A stretch of DNA of 64,000 nt. Source: an uncultured Actinomycetota bacterium. GTDB taxonomy: Bacteria > Actinomycetota > Actinomycetes > Streptosporangiales > Streptosporangiaceae. Positions 9,947-19,015 of this stretch are shown here, piece after piece. Where the stretch lies: positions 383,741-447,740 of the forward strand of contig CAWACD010000001.1 of the NCBI GenBank assembly GCA_963780555.1. The letters run 5' to 3'. Within the stretch, counting starts at the first letter, position 1. Every line of letters starts with the position of its first letter. The notes under the pieces are model-generated. The model saw nothing but the letters and a program-made list of their open reading frames with translations. It searched no databases and had not been told where the DNA came from. The translations under genes were made by a program, and so were the position numbers.

Positions 9947-10749
9947 CCGGCACCGGGTCCGGGCCCGCCCGAAAGGAGCCACCGCCCATGCCGCCAGCCG
10001 CCGCACCCGTTGTCTTCGACGCCCACATGCACGTCGACGACGTGCCCTCGCTGGGCTGGTCGATGAGTGCCGCCGACTGCGTCCGCCGGATGGACGACGC
10101 CGGAGTGCAGTCGGCCATCATCATGTCGATCACGGACGCCCCGGCGCTGAATCCGCGGGTCCTGGACCTCACGGCTGCTGCCTGCGCCGAGTTCCCGGAC
10201 CGGCTGTTCGGGTTCGCGCGCATGCATCCCGGCTACGGCGACCTGGCTATCCGGCTGTTCCGGTCGGCGATCGCCGACCTCGGCTTCGTCGGGCTCAAGC
10301 TGCACCCGGCATCGACGCTGTCGCATCCGGCGGGCGCCGATACCACCGCCCTGGTTCGCGCCGCGGCCGACCTGGGCGTGCCGACCTTGTTCCACTGCGG
10401 GGACGAGCCCATGACGACGCCCTACCAGATTGCGCTGCTGGCCCAGCAGTGCCCGGAGGCGCAGATCATCCTGGGCCACATGGGCGGCTACTACCACGTG
10501 GACGATGCCATCGCCGCCGCCGAGCGGTTCGACAACCTGTACCTGGAGACCTCGGCGATGCCGTTCCCGCACAAGATCTCGGAGGCGGTCCGTCGGATCG
10601 GGGCCGGGCGGGTGCTGTTCGGCAGCGACGGGCCGGTCTGCTCACCGGTCCTGGAGATCGAGAAGGTGCGGCTGGCCGGCCTGTCCGACGCGGACACGGC
10701 CCAGGTTCTAGGCGGCACACTGAGCCAGCTGCTGGGGAGGGCGTCGTGA
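9943..10749 (+). CDS. amidohydrolase_2 (PF04909-like TIM-barrel hydrolase, LigI/LigJ/ACMSD superfamily)
   Basis: GTGA overlap with the previous gene. Motifs FDAHMHVDD, GLKLHP, LFHCG, LGHMGG, YLETS and LFGSDGP are present. Confidence 0.7.
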   Translation: MTGTGSGPARKEPPPMPPAAAPVVFDAHMHVDDVPSLGWSMSAADCVRRMDDAGVQSAIIMSITDAPALNPRVLDLTAAACAEFPDRLFGFARMHPGYGDLAIRLFRSAIADLGFVGLKLHPASTLSHPAGADTTALVRAAADLGVPTLFHCGDEPMTTPYQIALLAQQCPEAQIILGHMGGYYHVDDAIAAAERFDNLYLETSAMPFPHKISEAVRRIGAGRVLFGSDGPVCSPVLEIEKVRLAGLSDADTAQVLGGTLSQLLGRAS

Positions 10750-11531
10750 TTGTCGACGCGCTGGCCTTCATTGGCGGCCGGACCGGACCGGACGACGGCG
10801 GCCTGCCGGGCCTGCTATCGGGCATGGGCGAGCTGGGCATCGACCGGACGCTCGTATGCGGGGGCAAGCTGGCCGACGGCGAGTCCCCGAACGCCGGGCC
10901 GGCCAGCGCCGTGCGAGACCACCCGGGCCAGCTGGCCGGGCTGATCCGGCTCAGCCCGTGGATGCGGGACTGGGCGGCGGAGCTGGAGCGCTATGCGGGC
11001 GACCCGGCCTTCGCCGGCGTTCTGCTGCATCCCTGGGAGGACGGCTTCGCGCTGCTGGACCCGGAACCGCGCCGGATGGTCGCCGCCAGCGCCGACCGCG
11101 GGCTCCCGGTCACGGTTGCGGCCGGGTATCCGTGGCTGTCGGAGGCCCCGCAGGTGGGCGCCCTGGCCGCGCAGTTCCCCGGCACCACGTTCGTGCTCAC
11201 CCATGAGGGTCAGCTCAACATCTCCGGCCTCGGCGCGGCCGATGTCACCTTCCTGCTGGACCAGGCGCCGAACGTCGTCCTGCACACGACCGGCGCCTAC
11301 CGGGAGGACTTCCTGGTGCAGCTGGCCGCCCGGTTCGGGCCGGGACGGCTGATGTATGCCAGCGGGTACCCGCGATTCAGCGCGGCCTACGAGCTGCGCC
11401 GGGTCCAGTGGGCTGACGGCATCACCGACGACGCCAAGGCCCAGATCCAGGGCCCGACCGCCGCCGCGGTCTTCGGGCTCGGAACCACCGCGGAACGCCC
11501 GGCGGCCGCGCCGGAAAGGGGATCGGCATGA
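10746..11531 (+). CDS. amidohydrolase_2-like protein, degenerate N-terminal metal site
   Basis: GTGA overlap. It has the same architecture as the preceding gene (VLLHPW, LTHEG, MYASGYP), but the HxH position reads VDALAF. Confidence 0.6.
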   Translation: MIVDALAFIGGRTGPDDGGLPGLLSGMGELGIDRTLVCGGKLADGESPNAGPASAVRDHPGQLAGLIRLSPWMRDWAAELERYAGDPAFAGVLLHPWEDGFALLDPEPRRMVAASADRGLPVTVAAGYPWLSEAPQVGALAAQFPGTTFVLTHEGQLNISGLGAADVTFLLDQAPNVVLHTTGAYREDFLVQLAARFGPGRLMYASGYPRFSAAYELRRVQWADGITDDAKAQIQGPTAAAVFGLGTTAERPAAAPERGSA

Positions 11532-12226
11532 TCGAGATCTACGGGCGGCAAGTCCCGACGGAGCTCGGCGAGATCGCCGAGCCGGGCACGACGGCCCTGG
11601 TCGTCATCGATATGCAGAACGACCTGTGCAGCCCGGACGGCGCCTTTGCCGCGCAGGGCGCTGATATCAGCGCCTACGCCGCCATCGTGCCGCGGATCGC
11701 CGCCCTGGTGCAGGCCGCCCGGCGGGCGGGCGTGCTGGTCATCTTCGTCCAGGCGACGACCCGGACCGACCACGCGACCCAGTCGCTGAGCCAGCTGTAC
11801 TTCGAGCTGCGGATGCAGCGCAGCTACCCGCGGCCCCAGGACGACTCGTTCGTCTTCTGCGTGGCCGGCACCTGGGGCCACCAGGTGCTCCCCGAACTCG
11901 GCCAGGCGCCCGGCGACCTGGTTATCGAGAAGTACCGGTCCAGCGCGTTCGTCGGGACCTCGCTGGACCTGGTGTTGCGTAGCCGCGGCATCCGGACGGT
12001 AATCGCGGCCGGCTGCACCACCGAGGGGTGCGTGGACTCCACCATCCGCTCCGCCGGGTTCCTGGACTACTTCCCGGTGCTGCCGGCCGACTGCGTGGCC
12101 AGCGACAACCCGGCGCTGCACGAGGCCGCGATGCTGATCCTGGACGCCTACCGCGCGACGGTCGTCAGCAGCGACGACCTGATCGGCGTCTGGCAGGCGG
12201 GCCCGGGCCGCGGAGCGCCATCATGA
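11528..12226 (+). CDS. isochorismatase-family cysteine hydrolase
   Basis: ATGA overlap. Motifs ALVVIDMQNDLC, K(Y)RSSAF and the catalytic-Cys context AAGCTTEGCV are present. Confidence 0.8.
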   Translation: MIEIYGRQVPTELGEIAEPGTTALVVIDMQNDLCSPDGAFAAQGADISAYAAIVPRIAALVQAARRAGVLVIFVQATTRTDHATQSLSQLYFELRMQRSYPRPQDDSFVFCVAGTWGHQVLPELGQAPGDLVIEKYRSSAFVGTSLDLVLRSRGIRTVIAAGCTTEGCVDSTIRSAGFLDYFPVLPADCVASDNPALHEAAMLILDAYRATVVSSDDLIGVWQAGPGRGAPS

Positions 12227-13161
12227 CCGCCACCCGCCAGCACCCGCGATTCCTGATGATGGACGGGCAGGTGGTCCCGTACGAGTCGGCGCAGGTTCAT
12301 GTCCTCAGCACCGCCGTCAAGTACGCCGCCATCGTCTACGAGGGGATCCGCGGCTACTGGAACGATCAGTCCGGCCAGCTGTACCTGTTCCGGGTCGGCG
12401 ATCACCTCCGCCGGCTAGCCGACTCGGCGCTCGTCACCCGCATGAGCCTGCCGGCCAGCCCGGCCGCGCTGGCCGGCCAGATCGCGGAGCTGGCCCGGCT
12501 CAATGAGCTGCGGGAGGACATTCACGTCCGGGTCCTGGCGTATGTAGCGGCCGACGATGGCGGGCTCGACTCGGTCGACCCGGTCGGGACGGTCATCGCC
12601 ACGATGCCGATGGGCCGCTATCCCGAGCGGCGCCAGGCCGGCGCCGGCCTCAATGTGTGCGTCAGCCACTGGCGGCGCAATTCCGACGACGGCTCGCCGG
12701 TCCGGGTCAAGACGACCGGGAACTACCTGAACAGCCGCCTGGCCCTGCTGCAGGCCAGGGACGGCGGCTATGACGACGCCATCATGGTCGACGGGGCGGG
12801 AAAGGCGACCGAGGGTCCCGGCTACAACCTGTTCATGGTCCGGGGTGGGCAGCTGGCCACGCCGGCGGCCACCAGCGGGATCCTCGAGGGCATCACCCGC
12901 GACACCATCATGAGCCTGCACCAGCAGGCCACCGGTCAGGCCGTCGCGGAGCGGACGATCGACAAGTCCGAGCTCTACCTGGCCGACGAGCTCTTCTTCT
13001 GCGGCAGCGGCAAGGAAGTGGCGGCCATCCGCAGTATCGACGGCATCCCGCTGCGCCAGCCGCCGCCGGGGCCGGTCACCACGACGATCCGCGACAGCTA
13101 CTTCGCGCTGGTCCGCGGGCAGGCTGCCGCACCGGAGGACTGGCTGACGCCGGTGTACTGA
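12223..13161 (+). CDS. class IV aminotransferase (branched-chain / D-amino-acid aminotransferase fold)
   Basis: ATGA overlap, starting MTATRQHPRFLMMDGQVVPYESAQVHV. Motifs YEGIRGYW, VKTTGNYLNS and GILEGITRD are present. Confidence 0.8.
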   Translation: MTATRQHPRFLMMDGQVVPYESAQVHVLSTAVKYAAIVYEGIRGYWNDQSGQLYLFRVGDHLRRLADSALVTRMSLPASPAALAGQIAELARLNELREDIHVRVLAYVAADDGGLDSVDPVGTVIATMPMGRYPERRQAGAGLNVCVSHWRRNSDDGSPVRVKTTGNYLNSRLALLQARDGGYDDAIMVDGAGKATEGPGYNLFMVRGGQLATPAATSGILEGITRDTIMSLHQQATGQAVAERTIDKSELYLADELFFCGSGKEVAAIRSIDGIPLRQPPPGPVTTTIRDSYFALVRGQAAAPEDWLTPVY

Positions 13162-13208
13162 CCAGCCCGCCCTGGATCAGGGCTGGCGATGAGGAAGGAG
13201 ACCCGCGC

Positions 13209-14304
13209 ATGAACGACAGCAGGGCGCGGCGGGACGGCGAGGCCGGCGGGCCGCTCACGAGCGCCTCGCCTGATGTCGCGCCGCCCCCGGCCGCCGCGCC
13301 GCGCCCGGCCGGGCCAGCGCTAGTCCTGGGCAAGGTGTTCGCCGAGCGGTGGGTGCTGCTGTGGGTGTGGCTCCTGCTGATCGTGCTGTTCGGCGCCCTG
13401 CGCCCGGCGGCCTTCCTGGCCTTCGGCAACGCCCAGACCATCCTGGGCTCGCAGAGCACGCTGGTGTTCGTGTCGCTGGCGGTGCTGTTCCCGCTGCTGG
13501 TCGGCGAGTTCGACCTGTCGGCCGGCGCGACGCTCGGCCTAGTCACCAGTGTGGTGGCGGTCTTCAACGTCACCCTGAAGCTGCCGATCGCCCTGGTCGT
13601 GGTGCTGGCCCTGCTCATCGGTGGCCTGGTCGGGGCCGTGAACGCGTTCTTCGTGGTGTCGCTGGGCGTGGACGGCATCATCACGACGCTGGCCGTGGGC
13701 ACGCTGGCCACCGGCGTGACCTACGCCATCACGAACTACGTCACGATCAGCGGCATCTCGACCGGCCTCGTCTCGGTCATGACCAATCAGGTGCTGGGTG
13801 TCCCGTACAGCTTCTACTTCGGAATCATCGCGGCCGGCGTTCATCTGGTACGTACTGCGCTACACCCCGCTCGGCCAGTACCTGCTGTTTGTCGGGCGCT
13901 CGCGGGAGGTGGCCCGGCTCAGCGGCCTCAATGTGGCGGGCATCCGGTTCGGCTCATTCGTGGCCGCGGGCCTGGTCGCCGGGCTGGCCGGAGTTGTCCT
14001 GGCCGGGACGGTGGGGTCAGCGGACCCCACCGTCGGCACGACCTTCCTGCTCCCCGCCTACTCGGCGGCCTTCCTCGGGGCCACCACCATCACTCCCGGC
14101 CGGTTCAACCCGCTCGGCACCCTGGTGGCCGTGTACTTCCTGGTGACCGGCATCACCGGACTGCAGATCCTGGGCCTGTCCGACTGGGTGCAGCAGGTCT
14201 TCTACGGGATCTCGTTGCTGTTTGCCGTGACCATCTCGGTCCTGGCCCGCCGGCGTTCCCGGGCGGCCGCCCGCCAGCAGGCGGCCGGGGCCGCGGCCCG
14301 GTGA
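13209..14304 (+). pseudogene. CUT2-type ABC transporter permease, one frameshift (authentic or a sequencing indel)
   Basis: The N-terminal TM segments lie in frame 0 (track ORF 13209..). After ...FGIIAAG the protein continues in track ORF 13798..14304 as FIWYVLRYTPLGQYLLFVGRSREVARLSGLNV... The frame change is at about 13836-13840. Confidence 0.75.
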
Positions 14305-14978
14305 CCGCAGGTCCCGCCGCCGTGGCAGCGGCCAGCGCCCAGGCTGATCTGGACTTCCTGTCCGGGCTCGAAGACGTGTCGTGCGCGGTATCGGACATCC
14401 TGCGGCGGACGGGCACCGGCGGGGCCCTCGGGCTGCCGGCCATCTTCCCGCCCGGAACTCGCGTGCGCGCCTGCGGGGCCGCCTTCACCGTCCGGTACGA
14501 GACCCGGCGCGCCGATCCGGCCGCACCGCCAGCGGATGACAGCGCCGCCGACTTCGACTTCCGCGCCTTGTTCGCGGCGGCCCGGCCCGGCGACGTGGCG
14601 GTCTTCGAGTGCCCGCCGCCCGGCCCCGCGGGACCGCGCGCGGTGCTGGGCGCCACCGCAGCGAGCTGGGCCCGCCAGGCCTGCCTCGCCGGCTGTGTGG
14701 TCGGCGGGGCGGTGCGGGACGTCGAGGCCCTGGCTGCGGGGCCGCTGCCGGTCTGGGCCAGCCAGGTCACCCCGGTAGCAGGCCGGGGAGCGCTGACCCG
14801 CGCGGCGGTCGGCGCGCCGGTGCTGCTTGGCGACGTGCTGGTCCGCCCGGCCGACATCGTGGTCGCCGACGGCAACGGCGTCGCGATCATCCCCGCTGCC
14901 GAACTGCGCACCGTGACCCGGCTGGTCGCCGAGCTGCACCAGGCCGACATGCGGCGGGCGGCGCCAGCCGCGACGTAA
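14301..14978 (+). CDS. RraA family protein (RraA / HMG-CHA aldolase LigK-like)
   Basis: GTGA overlap with the permease stop. The C-terminal part of the composite 589-aa track ORF reads GAAFTVRY...GDVAVFE...GGAVRDVEAL...PVWA...GDVLVRPADIVVADGNGVAIIP, which is typical of the RraA fold. Confidence 0.7.
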   Translation: MTAGPAAVAAASAQADLDFLSGLEDVSCAVSDILRRTGTGGALGLPAIFPPGTRVRACGAAFTVRYETRRADPAAPPADDSAADFDFRALFAAARPGDVAVFECPPPGPAGPRAVLGATAASWARQACLAGCVVGGAVRDVEALAAGPLPVWASQVTPVAGRGALTRAAVGAPVLLGDVLVRPADIVVADGNGVAIIPAAELRTVTRLVAELHQADMRRAAPAAT

Positions 14979-15004
14979 ACCCAGGGCGCCGCGCCCGGCC
15001 GGAA

Positions 15005-16339
15005 TCAGGCGAACAGGTTGTCGCCCCAGTGCTGGCCGGGCCGCAGGCCCGGCGGGCAGGCGAAGACCGCGCTGCCGATATGGTGGATGTACTCGTTGAG
15101 CGCGTCGCCGGCCAGCGACCGCTGAAGCTGGACGAACTGGCCGGGTTCTTCATGAACGCGATGAAGAACAGCCCGCCGAGCAGCGTTCCGGTCTGCGGGT
15201 CGATCCCGTCGGTGAAGGAGTAGCCGCGGCGCAGGATCCGGGTCCCGCCGTTGTGCTCGTGACTGGCCAGGCGGATGTGCGAGTCGGGCGGGATCGACGG
15301 CTGGCCCGGCGGCGGTGTCAGGCCGCGAAGTCGGGGTCGGTGAACTCCGTGCCGCCCGACAGCGGCGCGCCGCTGACCTTGGCGCGGCCGATGACGTTCT
15401 CCTGGTCCGCAGGTAGTCGCGGTCCCAGTTCTCGACGAACATCCGGATCTTGCGGGTGACCAGGTAGCTGCCGCCGCGCAGCCACGGCTGATCGGTCTCC
15501 GGGCCGACCCAGACATGGTCGTCCATCAGGCTCGGTCTGCTCGGCCTTGATGTTGCGGGTGCCGTCCTTGAACCCGAGCAGGTTGCGCGGGGTGGCCTGC
15601 GCCGTCGTGGTGGTGGACGTGCGGCCGAAGCCGAGCTCCATCCAGTTGTGCGCGACCACGCCCATGCCCAGCCGGGCCAGGTTGCGCACCGCGTGGAAGG
15701 CGACCAGCGGGTCGTCCGAGCAGGCCTGCACGCACAGGTCGCCGCCGGAGTAGTTGGGATCCAGGTTCTCGTTGGGCAGCGGCGGCAGCGGGGCCAGGGC
15801 GGCGGGCCGCTTGCCGGCCAGGCCGAACCGGTGGTCGAACAGGGACGGCCCGAAGCCGATGGTGATCGTCAGCCGGGATACCGGGGAGCCGACCGCCTCG
15901 CCGGTGTCCACCGGCGGCGCGCTCATCTCGGTGTCCTCCCCCACCAGGGGGCCGCCGGGTCATCCGGGCCGCCGCGCCGGTCCAGGCCCGCAGCAGGTCG
16001 CGCACGTCGGCCCGGCCGGCGTCGCTGACCACGTTCAGCGAGCCGAACGCCAGCCGGTCCTGCGCCGGGGTGGCGATGCCCGGCCTGATGCGCCCCGTAG
16101 AACGGGACGGTCTGCGCAGGTCTCCGCCGCGCGCTGGCCGCCGGCTTCGCCGCCGCGGTCGGCGAGGTACGCGGCCACGCAGCCGGCCACGGCGCCGGCC
16201 CCGAGCGCGGCGCCGGCGCCGGCGAGCAGCCGGCGCCGGGACGGGCCCGGCGGCACCCGGGTCGGGCGGAGCGCCTGCGCCGCCGGCGGCCGGGGTCGCC
16301 GCGAGCCGCGGCCCGGGTTGCGTTGCGGCTCATCGGCAT
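15005..16339 (-). pseudogene. efeB: Dyp-type peroxidase EfeB (Tat-exported), fragmented by about 8 frameshifts
   Basis: Recognisable segments are spread over three frames. In order: the Tat signal SRRRLLAGAGAALGAGAVAG; TVPFYGAHQAG; VVSDAGRADVRDLLRAWTGAAARMT; GEDTEMSAPPVDTGEAVGSPVSRLTITIGFGPSLF...GFKDGTRNIK; LMDDHVWVGPETDQPWLRGGSYLVTRKIRMFVENWD; ENVIGRAKVSGAPLSG; ILRRGYSFTDG...LFFIAFMKNP; and QFVQLQRSLAGDALNEYIHHIGSAVFACPPG. Confidence 0.75.
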
Positions 16340-17608
16340 CAGCTCACCTGGCTGGACACCTTGGACAGCGCCTCCGCCAGGGCGTTCACGGACGCGGCCA
16401 GCTGGCGGCGCTGGTTGTCCAGGACCGTGGAGTACTCGACGTAGCCGGTGTCGTCGTAGCCGGGGGTGGCCTTGTACTTGGTCATGAGCTTGGCCACCGC
16501 GGCGTCCCGCCGCTGGATCAGCGCCAGCAGGCTCGGGTCCTTCTGCTGCAGGTACGGCCGCAGCAGCGCCGACGATCTCCATGGCGCCGTCGACGTTGGC
16601 CTGGAACACGGGCAGGTCGGTGTTGGAGTAGCGCTCCTCCTCGCCGCTGATCTTCGACGTGGCCGCCTCGTTGATCAGGTCGGTGGCGCCGCTGGCCATC
16701 TCCAGCGGGCTGTACTGGGCGTTGCTGACCAGGTGGGCCAGCTGCTGCTCGTGCTGCACCAGCCCGGCGCAGAGCTTGCGGCGTGCCCGCCAGCGTGTTG
16801 TCCGCCCAGAGCAGCTGCTCGATCTGGTGGAAGCCGATGAACTGGGACGGCACCGTGACCGGGTTCTCCCACCGGCCGTCGATCTGGGTGTCGAGGTCGC
16901 CCCAGATCTCGGCCACCGGCTCGATGTGCTCGTAGTAGACGCGGGCCTGCGGGTACAGCGAGCTTGGCCTGGGCCATGTTGCCGGCATTGATCGCGCGGC
17001 AGAACGTCTGGGTGTGGCTGACCAGGGCGGCCGCGTTCTGGCCGATGTAACCGGAGTAGCCCTGCACGGCGGCGCGTGAGCTGCGGGCTGGACTGCCAGG
17101 CAGGCCGGTGGCCTTCCCGGAGACCGTGAGCGTCCGCGCGACTGCGCCGCCCCCGGGCAGCTGATCTTGTAGCTGCCGGGCTGGATGTTGAGCGAGAAGC
17201 CGCCGGACAGGCCGGGCGAGAGGTTCTCCTGCTCGCCCAGGATGCGGCCAGGTCGGCGGTGCGCAGCTCGGCCTCGGACACCGCGTCGGCGTCCTTGTTG
17301 GGACGGTGAACTCGACCTGGCCGGCGCTGATCTTGGCGGGCTTCGGCAGGCAGCCCTGCGGCGTGAGGTCGATCGACACGGTCGTGGCTTGCCCGAGCCG
17401 GAGCCGCCGCCCGCGGCCGAGCCCGAGCCGCCGCCGGAACTGCCGCACCCGGCCAGGGCACCGAGCGCGGCAACGGTAGCCAGGACGGTGACGCGGCGCG
17501 CCGGGCCAGGGGCCGCCGGGCGGCTGTGCGGCGGCCGCTGGCCCGGCCGGGCCCGGCCGGGCCCGGGGTCGTCTCGTGCGGCTCCTGCCGCCTGCCGTGC
17601 GTGCTCAC
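16339..17608 (-). pseudogene. efeO: iron uptake system component EfeO (cupredoxin + M75 imelysin-like), multiple frameshifts
   Basis: GTG at 17608 follows an AAGGAG RBS, with the lipoprotein signal LATVAALGALAGCGSS. Segments in different frames are: TVSIDLTPQGCLPKPAKISAGQVEFTV; ILGEQENLSPGLSGGFSLNIQPGSYKISCPG; LYPQARVYYEHIEPVAEIWGDLDTQIDGRWE; SNAQYSPLEMASGATDLINEAATSKISGEEERYSNTDL; and LRPYLQQKDPSLLALIQRRDAAV...SKVSSQVS followed by the stop. Confidence 0.7.
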
Positions 17609-17701
17609 GATCGTGGGACTCCTTCTGTCGTGCGTGACGGGTGCTGGCCGCCTCCCGGCAGTCAGCCCGGGCCAGCTGGCTCGGTGCTCCGAGCCGGGTC
17701 T

Positions 17702-18584
17702 CTAGGTCAGCCGGGCGGTCATCGCTGAGTGGCCTGCCGGGCGGCGGCCGGGCGGGCCGCGCGGGCAGCCGGCACCGGGGCGGCGGGACGGCCACGCCAC
17801 GATGATCGTCATCGGCACCAGGTAGGCCAGCCAGCCGATCACCTCGATCCACACCGGATAGGGCTGGATGCCGAGCACGCCGGTGAACAGCGCGGACAGC
17901 GGGGTGCCCGGCCGGACCAGCCAGGACAGGTCGAACGCCTGGACCTGCCCGATGTCCAGCCAGCCCGCCTCGTTGGCGGTGTGCAGGGCGGTCATCACCA
18001 GGCCCGGCCGCGACCAGGACCAGGATCAGCCCGGTGGCCCGGAAGAACCGGGCTGAGATTGAGCCGGACGCCGCCGCGGTAGATGCCGTAGCCGATGGCC
18101 GCGGCCAGCAGGATGCCGATCACCGCGCCGAGCCAGGCGGTCGCCGAGTCACCGGAGGCATTGAACGTGGCCAGCAGGAACACGGCCGTCTCGAAGCCCT
18201 CGCGGAGCACGGCCAGGAACGCCATCAGCACCAGTGCCCGGCTGGACCCGGCGGCCAGCGCCGACGCCGCCGCGCCTTCCAGGCTGCCCTTCAGGTCCCT
18301 GGCGTGCCGCCGCATGAAGATGATCATGTAGGTGACCATGCCGACGGCGAGGGCGCCCGACGACGGTCTCGAGGCCCTCCTGCTGTTGCTGGGGCAGGTC
18401 AGAGGAGAGCACCTGCAGCCCGATGCGCGATGGCGACGCAGATCACGACCGCGACGGCGGTGCCGATCCAGACCTGCCGCAGTGCATCTCGCCGGCCCTG
18501 CTGGCCCAGGAACGCGGCGATGATCCCGACGATCAGCGCCGCTTCCAGTCCTTCGCGCAGCCCGATCACGAATGTCGGCAGCAC
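17702..18584 (-). pseudogene. efeU: FTR1/EfeU-type ferrous iron permease, at least 3 frameshifts
   Basis: GTG at 18584 follows a GGAGG RBS. Both REGLE-type motifs are present (GLREGLEAAL and LREGFETAVF), but the TM segments are split over track ORFs 18399..18584, 18149..18412, 17995..18339 and 17702..17998. Confidence 0.75.
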
Positions 18585-18668
18585 GCGGTCAGCCTCCGTC
18601 TCACGTGGTCCGGTGGACCGTGTTCCTGGGTCCGCCCGGCCTGTCTTGCCCGGCCCGCCTGGTGGAAG

Positions 18669-18707
18669 TTAGGTAATGCAACCCTAATTTAGGGTTACCT
18701 AACCTCA
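18669..18707. promoter_or_regulatory. two tandem IdeR/DmdR-type iron boxes upstream of efeU
   Basis: TTAGGTAATGCAACCCTAA (18669-18687) matches the 19-bp consensus TTAGGTTAGGCTAACCTAA at 15/19 by my count. TTAGGGTTACCTAACCTCA (18689-18707) matches at 14/19. Together they contain a perfect AACCCTAA-T-TTAGGGTT inverted repeat, 85-120 nt upstream of the efeU start. Confidence 0.55.
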
Positions 18708-18807
18708 CGGACCGGGGCTGCGTCAAGGAGGTCTGGCTTGCTGACCGCGACCTGGGCGGACTGATCACGCCCGGGCACTGCGGCCCTGAGCCGCGGGAGA
18801 CGGCATG

Positions 18808-18843
18808 CCAGCGGCCGGCCGGATGCATCCGGCCGGCCGCTGG
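18808..18843. terminator. 36-nt perfect palindrome (GC-rich hairpin, possible bidirectional terminator/insulator)
   Basis: CCAGCGGCCGGCCGGATGCATCCGGCCGGCCGCTGG is fully self-complementary. It lies between the Roadblock-like gene and the efeU promoter. There is no U-tract. Confidence 0.35.
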
Positions 18844-19015
18844 CGATCGGCTACCCCGCCGGACTAGGTCCGCTGACGGAGCAGGGGAATGGGGAACGCG
18901 GCATTAGCCAGCGCCCGGCTACCGGGCCAGACTGGTCATTACCCGGCATAACGGCGCACGGTCAATACAGCGGGCAGATGACTGCCGAAAATGGTATGAA
19001 AGTCCTCGCCGGCGA

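Noticed and set aside
13209-14978. 589-aa ORF suggesting one large protein
   Set aside because: It is a composite. The N-terminal third is the true permease frame, the middle is out-of-frame read-through, and the last 225 codons are a separate RraA-like gene starting at GTG 14301. The permease continues in ORF 13798..14304.
15923-17608. 561-aa ORF spanning efeO and efeB
   Set aside because: It is mostly out-of-frame Arg/Pro-rich sequence. Only short windows match EfeO or EfeB, so it is a by-product of the frameshifted locus and not a fusion protein.
18850-19015. Possible small ORF or sRNA in the lower-G+C gap downstream of the Roadblock gene (for example ATGACTGCCGAAAATGGTATGAAAG...)
   Set aside because: The ORF is only about 20 codons, has no RBS and overlaps the convergent gene end. 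There is no structural or sequence evidence for an RNA gene.
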